Virus record (IMG/VR): IMGVR_UViG_3300031669_005140
DNA from: a virus
DNA length: 64,000 bases
Reading direction: 5' to 3' (one strand)
Each line of letters starts with the position of its first letter. Within the stretch, counting starts at the first letter, position 1. Positions 58,552-64,000 of this stretch are shown one piece after another. A program made the position numbers and the translations under genes. The notes below the pieces were generated by a model that worked only from the letters and a program-made list of their open reading frames with translations, ran no database searches and was not told the DNA's origin.

Positions 58552-59597
58552 TTCATATAGGACTATTTGAAGGTACAGGAGGCTTCTCATTGGCCGCAGA
58601 ATGGGCAGGATGGGAGACACTTGCTACCTGCGAGATCAACCCATTCGGTCAGCGAGTATTGAAGCATTACTGGCCTAACGCATACCATCACGGAGACATA
58701 CATACACTTACCTATGAAACAATTAACGCTGAACTTACAAACAGATTTGGAACCCACTGGAGAGATGAAGATGTTATCATCACAGGAGGGTTTCCTTGCC
58801 AGCCATATTCTGTCGCGGGGAAAAGACTCGGAAAAGAGGATGAACGCCACCTCTGGCCAGAAATGCTGCGAGTCATACAGGAGGTTCAGCCAACCTACGT
58901 TGTGGGCGAAAACGTTCGTGGGCTACTTAGTTGGGATGGAGGGTTGGTATTCGACGAGGTGCAGGCTGACCTGGAGGCTGCTGGGTACGAAGTCATCCCG
59001 TTTATACTTCCAGCTGCGGGTGTTAACGCTCCCCACCGAAGGGATAGAATCTGGTTTATTGCCCACTCCAACAACTATGGATTACATGGACCCAAAAACA
59101 GACAAGGCAATACTGAAGGAGATGACAATAACTCGTCCTGGAAGAACGCAGCTGTCGAATTTTCGGGACGTGGTGGTAAGGCAACCAATGAGGTTACTGA
59201 AAACTCCATCAGCAATGGATGCATACAGCGAGAACCTATCCAAGAAGGAGCAGAAGTTTGGGAACAGCGGAACGTTGGCGCAGGAGGTGCAGAGCGGGTT
59301 CATATACCAGAGGGGGCTGCTTCCAACACCAACAGCCGACGACAATCCAGAAAAGAATACAGGCAAGAGAAACCAGAATGGATTGCAGAATATGGCATCC
59401 CAGGAAACTGGGACTACTTCCCAACTCAATCCCCTGTTCGTAACGGAGATGCAGGGTTATCCAATAGATTGGTTGGAATTACCTTTCCTAAGTGGAGAAA
59501 CGAAAGCATAAAGGCGATGGGTAACGCTATTGTTCCTCAGGTAGCCTTTCAGATATTTAAGGCCATTAACTTAATGATACACAGTGAAAGCAACTAG
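58548..59597 (+). CDS. C5-cytosine DNA methyltransferase (alpha-type polypeptide)
   Basis: Motif I LFEGTGG, motif IV GGFPCQPYS, motif VI ENVRG, motif VIII PHRRDRIWF, motif X MGNAIVPQV. Confidence 0.93.
   Translation: MIHIGLFEGTGGFSLAAEWAGWETLATCEINPFGQRVLKHYWPNAYHHGDIHTLTYETINAELTNRFGTHWRDEDVIITGGFPCQPYSVAGKRLGKEDERHLWPEMLRVIQEVQPTYVVGENVRGLLSWDGGLVFDEVQADLEAAGYEVIPFILPAAGVNAPHRRDRIWFIAHSNNYGLHGPKNRQGNTEGDDNNSSWKNAAVEFSGRGGKATNEVTENSISNGCIQREPIQEGAEVWEQRNVGAGGAERVHIPEGAASNTNSRRQSRKEYRQEKPEWIAEYGIPGNWDYFPTQSPVRNGDAGLSNRLVGITFPKWRNESIKAMGNAIVPQVAFQIFKAINLMIHSESN
58714..59511 (+). CDS. nested alternative-frame ORF, probable beta subunit of the C5 methyltransferase
   Basis: 265-codon stop-free frame inside the MTase gene; LLPTP repeats; ends LNPLFVTEMQGYPIDW (motif IX-like). 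Confidence 0.6.
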   Translation: MKQLTLNLQTDLEPTGEMKMLSSQEGFLASHILSRGKDSEKRMNATSGQKCCESYRRFSQPTLWAKTFVGYLVGMEGWYSTRCRLTWRLLGTKSSRLYFQLRVLTLPTEGIESGLLPTPTTMDYMDPKTDKAILKEMTITRPGRTQLSNFRDVVVRQPMRLLKTPSAMDAYSENLSKKEQKFGNSGTLAQEVQSGFIYQRGLLPTPTADDNPEKNTGKRNQNGLQNMASQETGTTSQLNPLFVTEMQGYPIDWLELPFLSGETKA

Positions 59598-59618
59598 TGA
59601 CTAAAAACAGTAAAGACA

Positions 59619-60215
59619 ATGACACAAATTCACAAAGATCAGGTAATGTTGGCTCACAGGATTAGGGCCAAGAAGAAACCTATTAAGTCCGACATGGTAA
59701 CTGGTGTATTCCCCAACGACTGCAAGTGGTTTGTAGGAATAGACCCAGGGGTAAGCAACGGCTGTATGGCTAGGCTATGCATCGAGGGTGGGGACATACT
59801 AGACCTAAAGATTATCCCCTTAAAGTTAAAGAATATGTCCTACGGGGATGTATACGATAAGGTATTTACGGCCTCCTACATATCCTACAATGCAATAACT
59901 TCCATAGAGGAGGTTAACCTACAGGGTAAGGCATCCCACAGCATCGATAAGCTAATGAAGCACGCAGGGGCCTGTTTGGCTGCGCTAGACAATACCAGAG
60001 CCACCTATCTTACTGCTGTACCATCTCACTGGAGATCGGTGATACACCTAACCGTAAAGGGATTTACTCCGGCAGAGAAGGCCGTCTATCTCTATGAACG
60101 TGCTAAGCTTTTAACTCAAAATAAATGGAAGTTTCCAAAATACGCCAGCGATGCAGTTCTACTGGCATTATACAGCAATTCGATCTGGTGGAAGTTGAGG
60201 ACAGTGGAAGAGTAG
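59619..60215 (+). CDS. RuvC-like Holliday junction resolvase
   Basis: VGIDPG, SIEEV, SDAVLLALY acidic triad pattern. Confidence 0.75.
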   Translation: MTQIHKDQVMLAHRIRAKKKPIKSDMVTGVFPNDCKWFVGIDPGVSNGCMARLCIEGGDILDLKIIPLKLKNMSYGDVYDKVFTASYISYNAITSIEEVNLQGKASHSIDKLMKHAGACLAALDNTRATYLTAVPSHWRSVIHLTVKGFTPAEKAVYLYERAKLLTQNKWKFPKYASDAVLLALYSNSIWWKLRTVEE

Positions 60216-60454
60216 TAGACACCCTGCCAGAAGAGGTTATGGCTGTTAGAGATTTCTACGACTTTATTATCTTTCCAGGCAACGACGTGCTCTATGAGTT
60301 ACAGAATGTAACGGTTTGGGTTATGCTTAAGAACGGAAGCTACTATGGTAAGGATGTGCTGAACGACTGCGGTAAGCCGAACATGGACTATGAGTCGCTG
60401 GAGCCGTTTATAAAGGAAGGGAAGTGCTGGATACAGAAAAAGGCAGGGGTTTAA
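60125..60454 (+). CDS. hypothetical protein (real start probably later)
   Basis: ORF track. Confidence 0.55.
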   Translation: MEVSKIRQRCSSTGIIQQFDLVEVEDSGRVVDTLPEEVMAVRDFYDFIIFPGNDVLYELQNVTVWVMLKNGSYYGKDVLNDCGKPNMDYESLEPFIKEGKCWIQKKAGV

Positions 60455-60470
60455 TTCCTGCCTTTTTTAT
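60437..60470. terminator. bidirectional terminator at the + to - strand switch
   Basis: AAAAAGGCAGG-GGTTTAATT-CCTGCCTTTTTT. Confidence 0.85.
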
Positions 60471-60484
60471 TTACTTAAACTATT

Positions 60485-61228
60485 TTATTGCTGCCTTATA
60501 AGCGTCAATATCTTTGTTAATAGGTCTCTCTTGTTCCAGCTACCAATAACACTTTCGTTTGGAATGACACTCTTTATCTGTTCAATTATTTCTTGGTATT
60601 TCTTCAGTTTGTCATTCTCTTCTGTTAACCCTTCATTTTCTTTAGCCAAGGAATCAAGTTCTTTCCTCAAGAAAGAATTGTCCCTTGAGAATGAGTTAAC
60701 TGTTTTTTGAAGAGATTTTATCTGTTCGCTGTCGGCTGCTTGTCTAGCCATTGCCGTATCGGCAAACTCCAGCTTCTTTATTGTAGTTTCATCTAGCTCT
60801 TTTTTTAGGGTAGCGGTTATTTCTGCCTTCACCTCATCTAATCCTTTCATCGTTACATTGCTATCCTCCTCTATCGTCTCAACACTTACCTTGTCAAAAA
60901 TCTGATTGATGTAATATTCAACTGCATCTACGTCTCTGTTTTCCCTGTATAGGCCCCTCATTGATTCTATCCTTTTCGCATATTCAATTAGCTGGTTTAT
61001 TAATTCACGAGCCATATCGGTCTTTGATGCCACATATCGTTGGGTAACCATACGCTTATTCTTTATAGTCACCTTCATTTTGTTGTTTTCTAGCAGGTCT
61101 ATTTTCTCCTGTTGTAGGCTATCCACCTTTCGGCTTAATTCCTTTTCTCTGCTTAAAGATTCTTCCAGATTAGCCTGCACCTTTAGTAGTGCATTGTATT
61201 CTGTAACGTCCATTCTAATTTGTGCCAT
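60485..61228 (-). CDS. coiled-coil hypothetical protein
   Basis: ORF track. Confidence 0.8.
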   Translation of the reverse strand: MAQIRMDVTEYNALLKVQANLEESLSREKELSRKVDSLQQEKIDLLENNKMKVTIKNKRMVTQRYVASKTDMARELINQLIEYAKRIESMRGLYRENRDVDAVEYYINQIFDKVSVETIEEDSNVTMKGLDEVKAEITATLKKELDETTIKKLEFADTAMARQAADSEQIKSLQKTVNSFSRDNSFLRKELDSLAKENEGLTEENDKLKKYQEIIEQIKSVIPNESVIGSWNKRDLLTKILTLIRQQ

Positions 61229-61245
61229 AGTCGTAGTTATTAATG

Positions 61246-61545
61246 TTAAAGTTCGTAAAAGTTTAATACATCTCGTGCGTTGAGGGAAAGTTTACCGAGT
61301 TCCCTATCTCTTTTAATACGTTTCCACCCCTTAAAGGCTGAGCTATCGCTGGAGTTAACGTGCTGGCCTATCTTGTTTAGCGTGTCCATCTCTAGCTCGT
61401 AGGCCACGTAGTAGAACATCTGCTTGGCATCCCGCACCCTATTCATGGTGAAGTTCTTAAACATGGTCGCCAGCGTTACATCCATCTTGACGGATATTTC
61501 GAAAAGCATCTCGTCTAGGTCGTGCTTGGTCTTGGTTCTTTTCAT
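61246..61545 (-). CDS. DnaA C-terminal-like HTH protein
   Basis: RVRDAKQMFYYVAYEL...LNKIGQHVN resembles DnaA domain IV. Confidence 0.6.
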   Translation of the reverse strand: MKRTKTKHDLDEMLFEISVKMDVTLATMFKNFTMNRVRDAKQMFYYVAYELEMDTLNKIGQHVNSSDSSAFKGWKRIKRDRELGKLSLNARDVLNFYEL

Positions 61546-61943
61546 TTTACGGTGTTAGATTTATCCTCAATTAGTAGTAATGCTTGATATAAACCCTCTT
61601 CAAGGGCTTCTTCGTATGTATCAAAGTTTCTAAATGTAAAGTTTTGCAATACGCCACCATCTCCTTCTTGATACTTCCCTGTTATTGTAAAAGAATATGC
61701 TTGAGACCAAGGCTTATGCTTTATATTTACATTAATACCATGTTCTTCTCTAAGCCATTTAGCTAGTAGGGATTGAGTAGGTGCACTGTATATAGAATCT
61801 AAAGATTTATTCCAGTTAATTTTGTTTATTCTATTACTGCTCCCTACACTTCCAGAGAAGTCATAGTAATAAGTAGTTGCAATAGATAATCCTTTCTCTT
61901 TAGCCAACTTGGCTGTTCTAAATGTGATTAATTGTTCATTCAT
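61542..61943 (-). CDS. phage hypothetical protein (homolog of 23793..24140)
   Basis: SAPTQSLLAKWLREEHGI. Confidence 0.75.
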   Translation of the reverse strand: MNEQLITFRTAKLAKEKGLSIATTYYYDFSGSVGSSNRINKINWNKSLDSIYSAPTQSLLAKWLREEHGINVNIKHKPWSQAYSFTITGKYQEGDGGVLQNFTFRNFDTYEEALEEGLYQALLLIEDKSNTVK

Positions 61944-61952
61944 GGTCTTCTA

Positions 61953-62147
61953 TTAGTTAGTTCCTTTTTTCGTGTAATTAATTTTTGATGCTCCAATTTC
62001 CTTATTCAGTTTTGTTTGCTCACGGGCTTTAAGTTTTGCTGCACTGACTACCCATACATCACCGTGTTCGTCTTGTATTTGTATTTTTTGTGTTCTCATC
62101 CATTCTGCAATATCTGCTAGAGCTATCGCCTTTACATTCCTTGCCAT
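61953..62147 (-). CDS. hypothetical protein
   Basis: ORF track. Confidence 0.6.
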   Translation of the reverse strand: MARNVKAIALADIAEWMRTQKIQIQDEHGDVWVVSAAKLKAREQTKLNKEIGASKINYTKKGTN

Positions 62148-62166
62148 TTGGTTTGTTGTTAGTTGG

Positions 62167-62403
62167 TTACTTTTCGTTTTTCAATCTGATAAATTCTACC
62201 AATCCAATCAAGACCTTTTCAGTCTTTTCGTCTAACTTGTCAGCAATGTAACACAGCTGCATATCTAAATCACTTTTCTGTGGTATAGAGTTGCTTAGTC
62301 CTTTACACAGTCCGTTTATCAAGTTAGCTTGTGTTACGTCATCGCTTGTGCCAATATCAAATCCTATTGTATCGGCAAGTTTTTCAATACTCCTTTTAAT
62401 CAT
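62167..62403 (-). CDS. hypothetical protein
   Basis: ORF track. Confidence 0.7.
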   Translation of the reverse strand: MIKRSIEKLADTIGFDIGTSDDVTQANLINGLCKGLSNSIPQKSDLDMQLCYIADKLDEKTEKVLIGLVEFIRLKNEK

Positions 62404-62422
62404 AATATTATATTTTTAAATG

Positions 62423-62809
62423 TTACCAAAACTTTAGTACTCCTTCTTCTGGTTTCCTTAGATTACAAAGTTCCTTTATTTCTCCTTTCTTCCACCTAGA
62501 AACTCTACGTTCTGCGGTCTCCCATTTAAGGGATTGGAAAAAGTAACATCTAGGATCAACTACAGACTTCTCCATTTCATAATCCACAGGGGTCAATACA
62601 CCACCCATCGGTACAATGTGAATGGTTTTACCCCTTCTTATTTCTACAGCCTCAATACGGTCAGTCATTGGGTTATAGCAGAATAGATTTAAGCCACGAG
62701 TTCTCAAGTAGGAGGTGAGATACTTATATTCCTGCTTTTCTTTTTCGACGTGCTCCTGCTTTGTTTTTTCAGTGGCTCTGTCGAGTGAATTTAATCCTGA
62801 TAAGTCCAT
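62423..62809 (-). CDS. hypothetical protein
   Basis: ORF track. Confidence 0.75.
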   Translation of the reverse strand: MDLSGLNSLDRATEKTKQEHVEKEKQEYKYLTSYLRTRGLNLFCYNPMTDRIEAVEIRRGKTIHIVPMGGVLTPVDYEMEKSVVDPRCYFFQSLKWETAERRVSRWKKGEIKELCNLRKPEEGVLKFW

Positions 62810-62832
62810 AACGTCTAAGATTTTTTGTTATA

Positions 62833-63267
62833 CTAACTCTTTAAATGTTTCTTCACCTTACGCCAGTATTTGGCCGTGCTCTTCTTGTCCATGCCCTTAT
62901 AGCCTCCGTTCCATACCCTAGCCCCATACTCTTGGTTCATGCCTGGGTTTATCTTCTGCTGAAGAAGAACGAACATCTGGATAGACTTTTTCTCATCAAA
63001 CCTATCCTCTAGCTTAAAGGATGTCCCGCATATGCGGTTAATCTCTGCCAGCATAATAGGCCGTATCTGAAGTATTCCGGCAGCGTTCTCCTTCCTGTTG
63101 AAGGCCAATGGATCACCTGCGCTTTCCACCTTTGCCACTGCGGCTGCCAGTGCGTAGATTCTTCCCATAGGCGATTGAACGAAATGGGTAGACGGTAAGG
63201 TACCCTCTCCGTTGCCCGTCTGCTGATGGACTAACAGAACTAGGAATACCATTATCAACTTTCTCAT
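62833..63267 (-). CDS. lytic transglycosylase (SLT-like) with N-terminal signal/TM
   Basis: AVAKVES...GILQI...WNGG. Confidence 0.8.
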   Translation of the reverse strand: MRKLIMVFLVLLVHQQTGNGEGTLPSTHFVQSPMGRIYALAAAVAKVESAGDPLAFNRKENAAGILQIRPIMLAEINRICGTSFKLEDRFDEKKSIQMFVLLQQKINPGMNQEYGARVWNGGYKGMDKKSTAKYWRKVKKHLKS

Positions 63268-63338
63268 CTGTTTCTATTTTTGGTTTACACTCTTGCATTT
63301 TGCTTAGACATTAAAAATGACAATTACTCTAGTTTAGT

Positions 63339-63689
63339 TCAGTTGCTATTGCATAATGGTTTAATTTTAGTCCACTCATTATCTACAAAATAATACTTAT
63401 AATATCTTCCTAGTTTCCATTCTGAAGGGACTCTTTTCCTTTTTAAGTCACATCTTTTACAGTAACAAATATTATCTATCTCCTCTCCCCAAAGATGATT
63501 TTCATAGATGTTATCTATTTTTTCTTTATACTTTGTTTTGGCTCTATTGTTGACACATTCTTTACACCAACCTTGATATCCACTAGGATCATATTCACTA
63601 ACAGAAAAAGCAATACTTAAGACTAATTTTCTTTTACAATGCGGACATATTTTTGTTTTCTGATTGGTTAAAGGGATTAAAGTTTTCAT
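63339..63689 (-). CDS. Zn-finger hypothetical protein
   Basis: CPHC...WCKEC...CKRC. Confidence 0.65.
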   Translation of the reverse strand: MKTLIPLTNQKTKICPHCKRKLVLSIAFSVSEYDPSGYQGWCKECVNNRAKTKYKEKIDNIYENHLWGEEIDNICYCKRCDLKRKRVPSEWKLGRYYKYYFVDNEWTKIKPLCNSN

Positions 63690-63760
63690 GGCTCAACTAT
63701 TTAGCGTTTTCAAAAAATGATAGCTTGGCTCCGTAGTATTTCATTGGTTCAATTTTTTGA

Positions 63761-64000
63761 AGTGTATATATAAACGAGTTGTAGGCAATTACCGCCTGAA
63801 ACGGTTGCTGTTATCTTTGGGGTAAAGTACTTTCATTAAGTTTTTGTGTTCTTTGTCAGTTATCGGATTAGGCGGTAACTGTTCGCTTCGCCCTACAACA
63901 CGTGGTATAGTTAAATTTTTAACCTTACTTTCTACGTGTTTTTCAAAATCCAATATCATTTCCATAATATTCATCGGAACTTCTGTTGTGCTGTATCCGT
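63761..64000 (-). mobile_element. 3' end of integron-like cassette array 4 (continues past the window end)
   Basis: Minus strand: junction GTTGTAGGG at 63899, cassette end GCCTACAAC, then terminal motif AACTCGTTTATATATACAC (63786 to 63761). Confidence 0.75.
63789..63974 (-). CDS. cassette-borne hypothetical protein
   Basis: VKNLTIPRV|VGRSEQL junction. Confidence 0.65.
   Translation of the reverse strand: MNIMEMILDFEKHVESKVKNLTIPRVVGRSEQLPPNPITDKEHKNLMKVLYPKDNSNRFRR

Noticed and set aside
347-63298. Numerous antisense or overlapping ORFs in the track (e.g. 347..790, 5903..6331, 29008..29334, 58215..58556)
   Set aside because: They lie opposite or inside better-supported genes, lack promoters and have shadow-like composition.
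1-64000. Integrase (IntI) or reverse transcriptase that would complete the cassette or DGR models
   Set aside because: No ORF in the track shows tyrosine-recombinase R-H-R-Y or RT YxDD motifs. Both models therefore remain dependent on trans-acting genes.
1-64000. Stop-codon reassignment, as seen in some large phages
   Set aside because: Long genes are intact in code 11, and TAA, TAG and TGA all terminate genes at sensible boundaries.

Overview
This is a very AT-rich segment (roughly 28-30% GC by eye, with GC-richer blocks after ~55.4 kb) of a large, probably lytic phage. The host is most likely Bacteroidota: TTG-N19/20-TAnnTTTG promoters are present and gene starts are A-rich without Shine-Dalgarno sequences. 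Positions 2.3-55 kb are almost all + strand and hold dozens of small hypothetical genes. These sit behind at least 55 copies (counted by eye) of an ECF-type promoter, TGTAAC-N16/17-CGTA, and the region begins with a phage ECF sigma factor. Recognisable genes: ECF sigma, Dam-like and C5 methyltransferases, DUF932, Gp88-like, KH-domain protein, GNAT, rIIA/rIIB, macrodomain, soluble AAA+/M41 protease, ASCH, PD-(D/E)XK nuclease, RuvC-like resolvase, lytic transglycosylase and five YD-like repeat paralogs. There is also a type I-B CRISPR-Cas interference module (cas6-cas8b-cas7-cas5, an 18-repeat array, cas3) with no cas1/2, and a ~1 kb cluster of structured non-coding RNAs with two atypical tRNA-like genes. 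The most striking unexplained structure is four integron-like gene-cassette arrays. Their attC-like hairpins (..TAAC-arm-loop-arm-GTT..) bound cassettes whose two ends are reverse-complementary. The loops often contain the start of the next gene, and the GTT crossover is always in codon phase 0. No integrase and no reverse transcriptase are visible in this window.
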